Shown in pieces: positions 1 to 10,606 of a DNA stretch of 64,000 nt (positions within the stretch are counted from its first letter, which is position 1; each line of letters opens with the position of its first letter). This DNA is from Bacteroidota bacterium (lineage in GTDB: Bacteria; Bacteroidota; Bacteroidia; Bacteroidales; Paludibacteraceae), in NCBI GenBank assembly GCA_021779195.1, contig JAJYBB010000014.1, forward strand, positions 19,061 through 83,060, read 5' to 3'. The translations under genes were made by a program, and so were the position numbers. The notes beneath the pieces are model-generated. The model did no database searches, had not been told where the DNA came from, and worked only from the letters and a program-made list of their open reading frames with translations.

Positions 1-364
1 TTTCAACGGTTTCGTAAGCCAGACATACTGCCCCACTTGCCATCATGGCTCTGGTAAGTTCTTCGCTTGATGCAAAATGAAAATACGTGAAAACCAATTG
101 ATTATTCCGAATTAATTTGTATTCGCTTTGAATGGGTTCTTTTACTTTAATAATCATTCCTGCGATTGAAAATACTTCTTCCGCTTTTTGCAAAATTGTT
201 GCTCCTGCATTTTGATACATCTGATCGGTAAAACCGCTGTTTTCGCCGGCAAGGGTTTCAACATATACTTCATGTCCATGTTGAATTAAAGTTTTTGCTC
301 CTCCTGGAGTTAAAGCAACGCGATTTTCGTTGTTTTTAATTTCTTTAGGAATTCCAATTTTCAT
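1..364 (-). CDS. ald: alanine dehydrogenase, N-terminal part (gene runs off the left edge)
   Basis: Manual reverse translation from the ATG at 362-364 gives MKIGIPKEIKNNENRVALTPGGAKTLIQHGHEVYVE..., the conserved N-terminus of L-alanine dehydrogenases. Not in the ORF track because it is truncated. Confidence 0.8.
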   Translation of the reverse strand, partial: MKIGIPKEIKNNENRVALTPGGAKTLIQHGHEVYVETLAGENSGFTDQMYQNAGATILQKAEEVFSIAGMIIKVKEPIQSEYKLIRNNQLVFTYFHFASSEELTRAMMASGAVCLAYETVE

Positions 365-860
365 ACTCTTTTATTGTTTAAATTTCGTGATAAATTGTCT
401 GTTTTGATTTTTGACAATTTTAATAACAGATTGATTATTAGTATTATTGGTTTAATGTATGAAAAGACAATACATTTCAGTTCAAAAAATCGCCGTAAAA
501 ATACATGTTTAATTTCAAATTGCAACAAATAATTTAAAAAATTTGAGATCTAAGATCAAATAATTTTATAAATATCTATTCTACAGTGATTCATTGCACT
601 TACGAATTGTAATAATACGGATAATATTATTGTTAAAATTGCGGATATTTTAAATATCTAGACTATAAAACTTTCGTAAAGTAATAAAATGGCTATAGTT
701 GGTTTCGATTTATAAGTATACTGTATTTTGTTTCAAAAAGATATCGTTTTGATCGATAATCCAATTGCATATTTTGTTATTTAATCGAAATAAACCGATG
801 AGACTTTCAATTTGTGTCAATTAATTTTGGAGTAAGTAATTTTTTTCAAATCAAAAAGTG

Positions 861-868
861 TAATTTTG
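861..868 (+). promoter_or_regulatory. candidate Bacteroidota sigma-A -7 element (TAATTTTG) for mltG
   Basis: Exact match to the TAnnTTTG consensus, 57 nt upstream of the ATG at 925. Confidence 0.45.
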
Positions 869-924
869 TACTCTCAAATTTATCTTGATTTATGAAAATA
901 TAATTACGCAAAACTTTTTGATTT

Positions 925-1944
925 ATGAATAAAGTTATTAAGTGGATGGGTGTCGTTATCCTGATTCTTGTAATTTTCGTAGGATATTTATTGTTTGCTC
1001 CAAATATTTTTCCTGTTTCAGAGGAAAAAGGTTTTCTCTGTATTCCTGACAGTAGTACTTTTAAGGATGTGCAAAAATACCTTCAACGAGATGCAAGGGT
1101 TTTAAATTTTAAGACGTTTAATTATGCAGCTCATTTGATGCATTATGGTGATAATATTCATCCCGGTCGGTATCAACTTAAAACAGCTATGAACAATTTT
1201 CAGTTGATTCGTTTGTTAAGAAGTGGGAGACAAACGCCGGTTAAACTCACCTTCAATAATATACGTACGAAAGAACAATTGGCTGGTCGGTTGGGAAAAC
1301 AGCTCATGGCAGATTCATTGAATATCATGAAGGTTTTAAATGATACGGCATTTTTATCTAAATATGGACTTAATCCTGATAATGCAATCGTTTTATTTAT
1401 ACCAAATACATATCAAATTTTTTGGAATGTAACGGCTAAAAAATTAGTGGAACGAATGGATAAAGAATACAATAAATTTTGGACTCCTGAACGAAGAGCA
1501 AAAGCCGCAGCTATTCCACTGCAATTGCCTGAAGTCAGCACATTGGCATCAATTGTGGAAGAAGAAACAAACAATAAAAAAGATCAACCAATGGTTGCAG
1601 GTTTGTATATCAATCGTTTAAAGGTTGGAATGCCACTTCAAGCCGACCCGACCATAAAATTTGCACTTGGTGATTTTAGCTTAAAACGTATTTTATCGGG
1701 GAATTTACGGGTAAACTCGCCTTACAACACTTATAGAAATCTTGGTTTGCCTCCGGGACCTATACGCGTAGCTTCTGAACGGGGTATTGATGCAGTTTTA
1801 AATTACAACCATCATAATTATATTTATATGTGTGCCTCCGAAACGCTCAATGGTGAACATAAATTTGCGGTAACGTGGAAAGAACACGTAGCTAATGCCA
1901 AAAAATATCGACAAACATTGAATGAATTGAAGATCTTCAAATAA
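925..1944 (+). CDS. mltG: endolytic murein transglycosylase MltG (YceG-like)
   Basis: 339 aa with an N-terminal TM helix and a YceG-like body (SIVEEETN..., GLPPGPI, NYIYMCA). ATG start. Confidence 0.85.
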   Translation: MNKVIKWMGVVILILVIFVGYLLFAPNIFPVSEEKGFLCIPDSSTFKDVQKYLQRDARVLNFKTFNYAAHLMHYGDNIHPGRYQLKTAMNNFQLIRLLRSGRQTPVKLTFNNIRTKEQLAGRLGKQLMADSLNIMKVLNDTAFLSKYGLNPDNAIVLFIPNTYQIFWNVTAKKLVERMDKEYNKFWTPERRAKAAAIPLQLPEVSTLASIVEEETNNKKDQPMVAGLYINRLKVGMPLQADPTIKFALGDFSLKRILSGNLRVNSPYNTYRNLGLPPGPIRVASERGIDAVLNYNHHNYIYMCASETLNGEHKFAVTWKEHVANAKKYRQTLNELKIFK

Positions 1945-1980
1945 ATTTATTTTTCCAGTTATAAGTTATTTAACAATTTA

Positions 1981-3048
1981 CTATTCAATATAATTAACTT
2001 CTGGATTGAGCATGATGTCAAATTTTTCGTTCACAGAAAGTTGAATTTGCTCCGCCAGATGAATAATTTCGGCTGGATGGGCTTCTCCTAAATTTATTAA
2101 AACCAACGGTTGCTTTTCGTAAACTGCTACATGTCCAATTTGTTTCCCCTTCCAACCGCATTGTTCGATGAGCCAAGCAGCCGGAATTTTAACTTTTTCG
2201 TTTGGTAAAAGATAATTAGGGATGTCAGGATAATTCGTTTGTATTTTTTTTAAATGTTGGATTGAAATTATCGGATTCATGAAAAAGCTACCTGCGTTTC
2301 CCATAACCTTCGGATCGGGTAATTTATTTTGTCGGATGGAAATAATAGTTTTACGTATATTTTCTAAATTAATCTCACCTGTTTTCAGAACCTCATTTTC
2401 TAAATGTTGATAAGTTAAATTAAATGTTGGTGCTGTATTTAACTTGAAAATGACTGAGGTTACAAAGTATTTACCTTTCAATTCGGTTTTAAAAATACTG
2501 TTTCGATAGCCATATTTACATTCGGCATTTAAAAAAGTGCGATTAATACCAGTCTCTATTTCAATAGTATTTACGCTTTCAATCAGATCAGCTACTTCTA
2601 TGCCGTAAGCTCCGATGTTTTGCACGGCTGCAGCTCCTATTTCGCCGGGAATATGCGATAAATTTTCAATTCCACCCCAAGTTTGTTTAACACAATAAGC
2701 TACAAAGTCGTCCCAATCAACACCCGAACCTGTTTCGATCCATATTTGATTATCGACTGATTTTAGAATTTTTATAAATTGAATATCCGAATGCAAAACG
2801 ATACCATGAAAATCTTTGACAAACAATAGATTGCTGCCTTTGCCAATTGATAATAAAGATTTTGATTTAAAAAAATGAGAATTTAATGCTTTTTGCAATG
2901 CCGAAACTGACCCGACTTCAATCAAAAAATCTGCATGAGCATCGAACCCGAAGGTGTTAAGATGCTTGAGCGATGCATTTAAAGTTATTTTCAAATCCGG
3001 AAGAGTTGAAACATTCAGCAAATCATCGTATTGATTTATATTTTCCAT
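1981..3048 (-). CDS. murB: UDP-N-acetylenolpyruvoylglucosamine reductase
   Basis: 355 aa with the FAD-binding MurB signature (GKGSNLLF, GGIENLSHIPGEIGAAAVQNIGAYG, NAGSFFMNP). Confidence 0.9.
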   Translation of the reverse strand: MENINQYDDLLNVSTLPDLKITLNASLKHLNTFGFDAHADFLIEVGSVSALQKALNSHFFKSKSLLSIGKGSNLLFVKDFHGIVLHSDIQFIKILKSVDNQIWIETGSGVDWDDFVAYCVKQTWGGIENLSHIPGEIGAAAVQNIGAYGIEVADLIESVNTIEIETGINRTFLNAECKYGYRNSIFKTELKGKYFVTSVIFKLNTAPTFNLTYQHLENEVLKTGEINLENIRKTIISIRQNKLPDPKVMGNAGSFFMNPIISIQHLKKIQTNYPDIPNYLLPNEKVKIPAAWLIEQCGWKGKQIGHVAVYEKQPLVLINLGEAHPAEIIHLAEQIQLSVNEKFDIMLNPEVNYIE

Positions 3049-3070
3049 TGGTTTGTTTTAAAATCTTGAA

Positions 3071-3997
3071 TTAATAGGGAAAATTTAATTTATTCTTTAC
3101 AAAATCAATCATATCTTGTGTGTCATCAGCGTTAAACCAATGAATATCTTTGTCGCGATTAAACCAAGTGAGTTGACGTTTGGCATATCGACGTGAATCC
3201 TGTTTAATCATTGCTATAGCATAATTTAGTTCCCATGTTCCAGCAAAAAATTGAAATAGTTCTTTATATCCGACAGTATTTAGGCTATTTAAATGTTTGT
3301 GGGGATAAAATTGTTTTGCCTCATCGATCAATCCATCCTGAATCATAATATCAACTCTTTTGTTGATGCGTTCATATAGTTCGGTGCGTGGACGGTTTAA
3401 TCCGATTTTAATAATATTGAACGGACGCGTTTTAGGTTGTCCGGTACGAAGATCAGAATAGGGTTTCTCCGTTATTGTGCAAATTTCGAGCGCATGTAAA
3501 ATCCGTTTCGGATTTTTTAAATCAACTTCTTCGAAGTGAACGGGATCTATTCGTTTCAGTTCTTGTCGTAGATATTCGATGCCAAGATTTTGGTACTGAT
3601 TCATCCAAAATTCCCGGGTGTCATTGTCCACCGTTGGAATTTGATCCATACCGCGACAAACGGCATCGATATACATCATGGAACCGCCAACGAGCAGAGC
3701 AGTATTACGTTCCTGAAATAATTTTTCTAATAAATGAATGACATCCTGCTCATATTGACCGGCATTATATTCATCGAAAATCGACCGAGATCCTATAAAA
3801 TAATGTTTAACACGACGAAGCTGTTCTTCGGTTGGTGTTGCAGTACCGATTTTCAATTCGCGAAAAATCTGTCTGGAATCGGACGACAGTATTGGGCAAT
3901 TTAGCATTTCAGCTAATTTTAAACTGATTTCGGTTTTCCCGACACCCGTTGGTCCTAATAGGACGATCAGGGTTTTATTTTTTTCAGATTTATCCAT
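3071..3997 (-). CDS. miaA: tRNA dimethylallyltransferase
   Basis: 308 aa with P-loop GPTGVGKTE, then SSDSRQIFRELKIGTA and YAKRQLTWF, typical of MiaA. Confidence 0.92.
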   Translation of the reverse strand: MDKSEKNKTLIVLLGPTGVGKTEISLKLAEMLNCPILSSDSRQIFRELKIGTATPTEEQLRRVKHYFIGSRSIFDEYNAGQYEQDVIHLLEKLFQERNTALLVGGSMMYIDAVCRGMDQIPTVDNDTREFWMNQYQNLGIEYLRQELKRIDPVHFEEVDLKNPKRILHALEICTITEKPYSDLRTGQPKTRPFNIIKIGLNRPRTELYERINKRVDIMIQDGLIDEAKQFYPHKHLNSLNTVGYKELFQFFAGTWELNYAIAMIKQDSRRYAKRQLTWFNRDKDIHWFNADDTQDMIDFVKNKLNFPY

Positions 3998-4090
3998 TAG
4001 CTGATTTGATTTAACTTACAATTTTTGTTCTCATTAAATTATTGATCTAAGAGCGCTAATTAAGTGTAAATTGTGCATTGTTAAACAAAA

Positions 4091-4122
4091 AAACAGAAAA
4101 TAATATAGATTATTTCCTGTTT
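4091..4122 (-). terminator. rho-independent terminator of the 4145-4702 gene
   Basis: 14-bp stem (one mismatch) with a 4-nt loop. On the minus strand it is followed by TTTTGTTT. Confidence 0.6.
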
Positions 4123-4144
4123 CATGTTTTAAAAAGCTGTGTTA

Positions 4145-4702
4145 TTAAAATGTTTGATCTTCAGTAAATAAGCTATTGTCATCAAAATTCATTTCTCCAA
4201 AGCCTTCATCATCTAATTCATCAGTATCGAATTCTTCATCACCATAAAAATTTTCATCTAAATTTGCTTTAGGAGCTGTTAAAATATTTTCAATTTCAAT
4301 GATTTGTACGGGTGGTTCTCCTTCTGATTGAGTACAAACGGGAGATTTCAAATTTTTCATTGGGAGAATTTCTGTCAGTTCAATAAAGAAAACACGGTCA
4401 GACATCATGTCGAAGATATAAACCAATTTTTGATTTTCTTCCGAAATTAATTCTTCAAGCGTGGTTTTATCCATAACCAAATTATCGTACTCGGAGCTCG
4501 ATTCCATTTCAACCAATGTAACTTCCTGACCACGTTCCCAATCATCAGAACAAATAAAGAAACTGGTTATTAAATTCTTTTCATAATGAACTGAATCAAG
4601 GATAGCGTGATGCAAATCAATGAATTTAGCTTCGGAATCAATTCGAATTACGCGGACAAAATTATCTACCTCATCGGATAGAATTGTAAATTCATATATC
4701 AT
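4145..4702 (-). CDS. hypothetical protein, possibly an MM3350/pRiA4b-ORF3-like fold, with a strongly acidic C-terminal tail
   Basis: 185 aa. The N-terminal pattern YEFTILSDE..FVRVIRIDSEAKFIDLHHAILDSV resembles that family. The last ~45 aa are D/E/F-rich. The family call is from memory only. Confidence 0.6.
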   Translation of the reverse strand: MIYEFTILSDEVDNFVRVIRIDSEAKFIDLHHAILDSVHYEKNLITSFFICSDDWERGQEVTLVEMESSSEYDNLVMDKTTLEELISEENQKLVYIFDMMSDRVFFIELTEILPMKNLKSPVCTQSEGEPPVQIIEIENILTAPKANLDENFYGDEEFDTDELDDEGFGEMNFDDNSLFTEDQTF

Positions 4703-4989
4703 ATTTGTTCGTTTAAAATTCGATGTAAAAATACAACAAATTTTTTATTGAATAAATAAGAATCGAGATATATCCCTCAATTTTGTACTTATTGTGTTAA
4801 TTGTGATAGTTTGTATATTTCTGATAATCAATGCTTATTTAGAGTTTAATTTTATAATTAATTGCTGAACACGTGATTAAAAAATGGATTATTTATTGAA
4901 AATTTCTGTTCGGCTGAGAATGCAATGCATAGTGAATAAATTGTTTTGATTTTAAGCGATTAATTTATTTATTAATCTTGTAATTTTAC

Positions 4990-4997
4990 TATCTTTG
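4990..4997 (+). promoter_or_regulatory. candidate -7 element (TATCTTTG) upstream of the MarC-family gene
   Basis: Exact TAnnTTTG match about 100 nt upstream of the ATG at 5101. Confidence 0.4.
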
Positions 4998-5100
4998 CAT
5001 ATATATCGTATTTTCATTCCGAAATTGCAGGTATAAGTATTTGCCTTTTCATTTATAAAAATTGTTTTTTATAATTTAATTCACTACTAAATAAATAATT

Positions 5101-5676
5101 ATGCAGTTAAGTTTTATTCAAATTGCCAGTGCTTTTATGGTACTTTTTGCAATTATCGACATTTTAGGCTCCATACCTATAATAATGAATATTAAAAATA
5201 AAGGTGAAAGTATTTTTGCTTTTAGGGCAAGCGCTGTAGCATTGGTTATATTGATTTTATTTTTATTTTCGGGTGAAGCAGTTTTACATCTTTTTAATGT
5301 TGATATTCAATCATTTGCTGTTGCAGGAGCTTTGGTTATTTTTATTTTTTCACTTGAAATGATATTGGACGTAGAAATATTTAGAAACAAAGGTCCCGAA
5401 GGCGGCTCTTCCATCGTTCCGATAGCGTTTCCACTCATTGCTGGCCCTGGATCATTTACAACTTTGGTGTCTTTACGAGCAGAATATGCATTGGGAAATA
5501 TTATTATCGCTTTGATATTGAATATGATATTTGTTTATTTTGTATTAAGATCGACATCGAAAATCGAACGGATGATAGGGCAAGGAGGAATTTATATTTT
5601 AAGGAAATTTTTTGGTGTTATTCTGTTGGCAATTGCCGTCAAACTTTTTACCAGCAATATTGGGTCATTGCTTTAA
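5101..5676 (+). CDS. MarC family (UPF0056) integral membrane protein
   Basis: 191 aa with about 6 TM segments. The N-terminus FMVLFAIIDILGSIPI and the motif IAFPLIAGPG are typical of MarC/UPF0056. Confidence 0.85.
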   Translation: MQLSFIQIASAFMVLFAIIDILGSIPIIMNIKNKGESIFAFRASAVALVILILFLFSGEAVLHLFNVDIQSFAVAGALVIFIFSLEMILDVEIFRNKGPEGGSSIVPIAFPLIAGPGSFTTLVSLRAEYALGNIIIALILNMIFVYFVLRSTSKIERMIGQGGIYILRKFFGVILLAIAVKLFTSNIGSLL

Positions 5677-5807
5677 TGTAGTTTGTTTTCAGTTCAATTT
5701 ATACAAATTATACCTAATTCTTATTATAAATTATATATGTAATTGACATATTACACTTTGTGTTTATTCTCAGATATAATATAGTTTATGGTATAATCTA
5801 TTGGTAA

Positions 5808-7016
5808 TTACTTGAATTCATTTTGGCGACGATATATTTTCCGTTTGGTAATGTCAAACCAAATCGTTGTTCGAATTAATAGTAAAACGATTAATGGATA
5901 TGCCGCATCGTTAAATACTTGTTTAGTGAGTGCAAAGGAGAATAAAGCACTAACCAATAATATTATGTTAATCATTTGGTAGATAAACAAAGGTGTCCGC
6001 CATTTTTTTATCCACAGAACTACAGCGACAATAAGATTTAAAGGATTAAGCCACAATATATTATAATTCCATTTGACCAAGGGATGAATTGAAAAGAACA
6101 TTAAATAGAAAACAATTATACCGCCAATACCAGTTAGAAAAAGCAATCCTGTATCAAAGTATTTACAAGTTCGATATCTACGAATATCCCATACCGAAAT
6201 TATTATTCCTATAATTAACAATATGATGGCGATTGCTAAAGGTTTGAAAAGCCATAAATTTTCCTTTTCAGGGTTATTGTTTGCATTTACTAAAACCATT
6301 TTTTCGCCTTTTATTAAATTGTGAATCAGTCCATTGTGTGATGTAACGGTAGCTCCTTGAATCTCATTCATTAATACTTCTGGAAGAAACATACTTTCAT
6401 TAATTGTTGCTGTTCGGTCGGCTTCAATACCAAACACCAAATCTATTCCGAATTTCAACCATGTATCTGTTCCTACATATTTTCCTATCCATTGCCTAAA
6501 CGTATAAGAATCTTCAACTTCCCTGAAACGCACGTATCCATTTAAAGCTTCAATAATTTTATCGCGTGGTCGAGTTGCACAGTTGTCAAAAATAAAATTA
6601 TATCGGTAAACCCGATTTTCGGGTTGGTAATTTTGAACGAGCAATTTAAAAAGTTGTTTTTTTTCAATCGGATTCAAATTTAAAACCTGCTCCCAAACCA
6701 TTGAATTACGGGCTTCGTACTCGGGTAAAAACAGTGCAGTTTCATAAACTCCAAGTTGATAATCAGTTTCGCCTTTGATAAATTTATAATAAAAATTTGG
6801 GGTATCAAAACTAAAAATGCCGTAATTAAAAACCACATCAAGTGCCTGCCCGGGGTCTTGAACACGTATTGCAGTGTGTCCGAATTTTTCATAAACTTCT
6901 TTTCCGGGTGCACAAGTTATGAGACTGATAATTGCTGAATCGCCGATAGGATTAAATTGAGCGTTTGACTTGACGAATAAAAGGATAAATAGCAGAAGAA
7001 TGCCAATTCGTTTCAT
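5808..7016 (-). CDS. DUF4105 (Lnb N-terminal-like) domain protein with a polytopic C-terminal half
   Basis: CAPGKEVYEKFGHTAIRV and YNFIFDNCATRPRD are DUF4105 hallmarks. Start moved to the ATG at 7014-7016, which gives the signal peptide MKRIGILLLFILLFVKSNAQ. Confidence 0.8.
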   Translation of the reverse strand: MKRIGILLLFILLFVKSNAQFNPIGDSAIISLITCAPGKEVYEKFGHTAIRVQDPGQALDVVFNYGIFSFDTPNFYYKFIKGETDYQLGVYETALFLPEYEARNSMVWEQVLNLNPIEKKQLFKLLVQNYQPENRVYRYNFIFDNCATRPRDKIIEALNGYVRFREVEDSYTFRQWIGKYVGTDTWLKFGIDLVFGIEADRTATINESMFLPEVLMNEIQGATVTSHNGLIHNLIKGEKMVLVNANNNPEKENLWLFKPLAIAIILLIIGIIISVWDIRRYRTCKYFDTGLLFLTGIGGIIVFYLMFFSIHPLVKWNYNILWLNPLNLIVAVVLWIKKWRTPLFIYQMINIILLVSALFSFALTKQVFNDAAYPLIVLLLIRTTIWFDITKRKIYRRQNEFK

Positions 7017-7221
7017 AAAATATAATTTCAAATGAATAGTGATAAACAAAAGTATAAAATTAATTTGAATTTTTTAGATGTTGCATTATTTTTTCAGGCA
7101 TAAACTCATATCTTGTATCGAAAAAAATATAAAATTAACCGATCTAACAATAAATAATCTTATTTTCTTTATGCAAATTTTTTTTTTAGGTTCAAAATAT
7201 AACTTTCTATAAAAAAATCAC

Positions 7222-7229
7222 TAAATTTG
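7222..7229 (+). promoter_or_regulatory. candidate -7 element (TAAATTTG) for the Crp/Fnr regulator gene
   Basis: Exact TAnnTTTG match 44 nt upstream of the ATG at 7273. Confidence 0.45.
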
Positions 7230-7272
7230 TGCTTAATAACATTGTTGTCAAACATATTCTGTTTAAAGAAGT

Positions 7273-7974
7273 ATGACAAAGAAATTGATTTCCGAACTCA
7301 AGCCTATAGATGAAATATTATCATCGTGGGATGTATTAACTCCCGATGAACGTCAATTTGTTAAAAACAATTTCACGTTACATCATTTTAAGAAAAATGA
7401 ACTGATTCATTGGGAAGGTGAAATCCCATCTCACATGATGGTTTTGGCTGCAGGAAAAGTAAAGGTTTTCAAAGAAGGAGTGGGCAGCCGTACACAAATT
7501 ATTCGAATGTTGAAACCGGGCGAAAACTTTGGTTATCGTGCAATTATTGCCAATGAACCGTATAATACGAACGTTGCAGCTTTCGAAAACTCAACTGTTT
7601 ACATGTTGAAAGCAGATATTTTTATATCGATACTTCGACATAATAATGCTTTTTGTTATCGCTTTTTAGAAGAAATGGCAACTGATTTGGGTGCATCCGA
7701 TGCACGTACTGTTAATTTAACACAAAAACATATTCGTGGACGGCTGGCAGAAGCATTATTGCTTTTGAAAAAAAATTACGGATTAGAGGAAGATGGTGCT
7801 ACCATTAGCATTTATCTGTCGCGTGAAGATTTGGCAAATCTTTCGAATATGACTACTTCGAATGCTATTAGAACTTTGTCGAATTTTGTAAATGAGCATA
7901 TTATTGCAATGGATGGTCGTAAGCTTAAAATTATTGACGAAGAAAGATTAAGGAAAATAAGCAAAATGGGATAA
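7273..7974 (+). CDS. Crp/Fnr family transcriptional regulator
   Basis: 233 aa with a cNMP-binding-like beta-roll (GENFGYRAII) and a C-terminal HTH (REDLANLSNMTTSNAIRTLSNF). Confidence 0.88.
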   Translation: MTKKLISELKPIDEILSSWDVLTPDERQFVKNNFTLHHFKKNELIHWEGEIPSHMMVLAAGKVKVFKEGVGSRTQIIRMLKPGENFGYRAIIANEPYNTNVAAFENSTVYMLKADIFISILRHNNAFCYRFLEEMATDLGASDARTVNLTQKHIRGRLAEALLLLKKNYGLEEDGATISIYLSREDLANLSNMTTSNAIRTLSNFVNEHIIAMDGRKLKIIDEERLRKISKMG

Positions 7975-8026
7975 ATCCTTAGTAGTAAAGATTAGAATTA
8001 AATTTTTCCTAAATTAATTTTACAAT

Positions 8027-10246
8027 ATGAATGCCTCGCAAATACATACTACTCATAAGGCGGTTTTACATTTGTTGTCAACCAAGCAAGTAAAGAGCGC
8101 ATTTGACAAGATCTTATTATTAGTAGATGATTTGCAAATGGGTGAATATTCCGATCGGCTGGAGGAAATGCAACAAAATTACCGATATCTTCTACAATAT
8201 TTTTTAGATGGAATCAATGATCCGGAACGAAAATCAGTGTATGATAATCTAATTTCTAAACTGTTTGCTTTAAACGCTGAGCTTAGAGAAGAATTATTGT
8301 TTCGTAACTCGACAAATTTTGAATTTAATCAAAAACGTTATTTTCCTTATAACCAACATTATACTTCGAACTCTTCTTTATTCGATTCTTTCGATTATTT
8401 TCATTCGCAAACTCAATTGTTGCAACACTCGGAAGATAATCATACGATCGAGATTCATCGGTTGCGTTCGAATTTTGAATCTGCGTTAAATGAATTATTT
8501 GGGCTGTTTTGGCTGACCACCCATTATACTACAGACGAGAAGCAGCTTTTTTCTAAACTTTTGAGCTTGGGTAATCGCAGTTGGATCGAAAAAAGTTTGT
8601 CGGTGTCGGGTCTTACATTAAATATATGGCGCATGTTCGATGAGAGCAAGCTGATAATGCTATTTGATGCTTGTCAATCGACCGATACACGGATAAGGCA
8701 AAGGGCTTTAGTGGGTTTGTGTTTTGTGTTGGCACGCTATAATCAGTTTATCACTTTCTTTCCCCAGATTCGAAACCGAATCGTTCTTTTGATTGATAAT
8801 AAGCATATTGTTGAAAATTTCAAAAATATAATTATTCAACTTATTGGAACTACCGAAACAGAAGAGATTACAAAAAAAATGCGGGAAGAAATTTTGCCTG
8901 AAATGATGAAAATTTCTCCTTTACTAAAAGATAAAATGGACACTGACAGCATTGTAAATTTAGATGAATGGGGTGAAGAAAATCCTGAATGGCAAGAAAT
9001 ACTTGATCAGAGTGGAGTTTCAGATAAGTTGCAGGAATTGAGTGAACTACAATTAGAAGGAGCTGATATTTATATGAGTACTTTTTCAATGTTGAAAAAT
9101 TTTTCTTTTTTTTCATCTATTTCCAACTGGTTTATGCCCTTCGACAGTTTGCAAAGCTCCATAAGCGATTTGTTTGATTCTGATGATAAAACGGTTTTGT
9201 CTGCATTTGTAGACAGCCCCTTAATGTGCAATTCAGATAAATATTCATTTTGTTTGAGTATACTTCAGATGCCTGAAAAACAACGTTCTATGTTGAAAAA
9301 CTCAATGGGAATGGGTGCGGAGCAAATGGAAGAAATGAATAAAGATGAAGCAATTCTGACTCCCGATTTGGTCTCAAAAAATATTTCGAAACAATATATT
9401 CAGGATTTGTTTCGTTTTTTCAAACTATTTCCCCAACACACCGAATTTTCAGATATGTTCGCTTTTTCATTAATCATGCATCGAACCTATCTGTTCGACT
9501 TGCTTTCATCAGATATTGAATTTATGAAATCAATTGCCGAATACTATTTTATTAAAAATCATTATATTGAATCGTTGGAGCTTTTTGAAAAAATGCAAAG
9601 TAACCTTGTTCCCACTGCTGCTATTTATCAAAAAATGGGTTATGCGTACCAACAAACTTCTCAGTTGGCCAAAGCTCTTGATGCTTATCTGAAAGCAGAT
9701 ATTGTTCAACCTGATGATGTATGGACTATTCGGAAAATTGCCCTTTGTTTCAGGCTGCAGGGAGATTTTACAAAAGCGTTGGAATATTATCAACATGCTG
9801 AGTTTTTGAAACCAAACCAAACATCTGTTTTATTTCAAATTGGACATTGTTATTTAGAACTTGGAAAATATAAAGATGCATTGGCAATTTATTATAAATT
9901 AGATGCTCAGCATCCCGATGACAATCCCAAAGTGTGGCGTGCAATCAGCTGGGTTGCTTTTGTTTCCGGTAATATTCAACAAGCTGAATATTATAACCAT
10001 AAGTTATTGAAAGTTGAACCTACAGCTTCAAATTATTTAAATGCGGGGCATATTGCATGGTGCAAAAATAATTTGAAAAATGCCGTTGAACTTTATGAAG
10101 AATGTTATGATTTGATGGGACAAAATTGGCAGGTCTTTTTAGATTCTTTCACTGAAGATAAACCATATCTAAATTCTAACGGAATTGAAGAAGATGAAAT
10201 CCCTTTGCTTCTGGATGCATTGAGGATGAATATTGATGCCTTGTAA
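8027..10246 (+). CDS. tetratricopeptide-repeat protein with an uncharacterised ~500-aa N-terminal region
   Basis: 739 aa. The C-terminal ~230 aa show repeated TPR-like A..Y.KA / A...Y periodicity (AKALDAYLKA, ALEYYQHA, ALAIYYKL). Confidence 0.8.
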   Translation: MNASQIHTTHKAVLHLLSTKQVKSAFDKILLLVDDLQMGEYSDRLEEMQQNYRYLLQYFLDGINDPERKSVYDNLISKLFALNAELREELLFRNSTNFEFNQKRYFPYNQHYTSNSSLFDSFDYFHSQTQLLQHSEDNHTIEIHRLRSNFESALNELFGLFWLTTHYTTDEKQLFSKLLSLGNRSWIEKSLSVSGLTLNIWRMFDESKLIMLFDACQSTDTRIRQRALVGLCFVLARYNQFITFFPQIRNRIVLLIDNKHIVENFKNIIIQLIGTTETEEITKKMREEILPEMMKISPLLKDKMDTDSIVNLDEWGEENPEWQEILDQSGVSDKLQELSELQLEGADIYMSTFSMLKNFSFFSSISNWFMPFDSLQSSISDLFDSDDKTVLSAFVDSPLMCNSDKYSFCLSILQMPEKQRSMLKNSMGMGAEQMEEMNKDEAILTPDLVSKNISKQYIQDLFRFFKLFPQHTEFSDMFAFSLIMHRTYLFDLLSSDIEFMKSIAEYYFIKNHYIESLELFEKMQSNLVPTAAIYQKMGYAYQQTSQLAKALDAYLKADIVQPDDVWTIRKIALCFRLQGDFTKALEYYQHAEFLKPNQTSVLFQIGHCYLELGKYKDALAIYYKLDAQHPDDNPKVWRAISWVAFVSGNIQQAEYYNHKLLKVEPTASNYLNAGHIAWCKNNLKNAVELYEECYDLMGQNWQVFLDSFTEDKPYLNSNGIEEDEIPLLLDALRMNIDAL

Positions 10247-10297
10247 TTATCGTATTTTTTTCCGGAATGCCATCATATTCTTTACTTATCCCGGCTT

Positions 10298-10582
10298 TTA
10301 TAATAGAAGAATACTTCCGATTAAATATGGCATTCCGCCTATCAAAATTCCTGAAGCAAGTTTGAAATTGTCGGATTTGTAAAAAATAAATACCAATCCC
10401 AAATCGGGAATGATTGAAAGCAAACACAATTTGCCAAGCAATGCCGATGGAAAAATTTGTTTTATGGCTTCAAAGATACTTACATCAATGGGATAAAATT
10501 TAAGTAAGAAAAGCCAGGCAAAACCTATTGGTAAAAGCAATCCGATGAAGAATCCGTAAATAAATCGATTAAATCGAACCAT
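10298..10582 (-). CDS. small hydrophobic membrane protein (3 predicted TM)
   Basis: 94 aa, co-directional and immediately downstream of surE. No family recognised. Confidence 0.5.
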   Translation of the reverse strand: MVRFNRFIYGFFIGLLLPIGFAWLFLLKFYPIDVSIFEAIKQIFPSALLGKLCLLSIIPDLGLVFIFYKSDNFKLASGILIGGMPYLIGSILLL

Positions 10583-10606
10583 AAATTAAGATTAATTTTT
10601 TATAGT

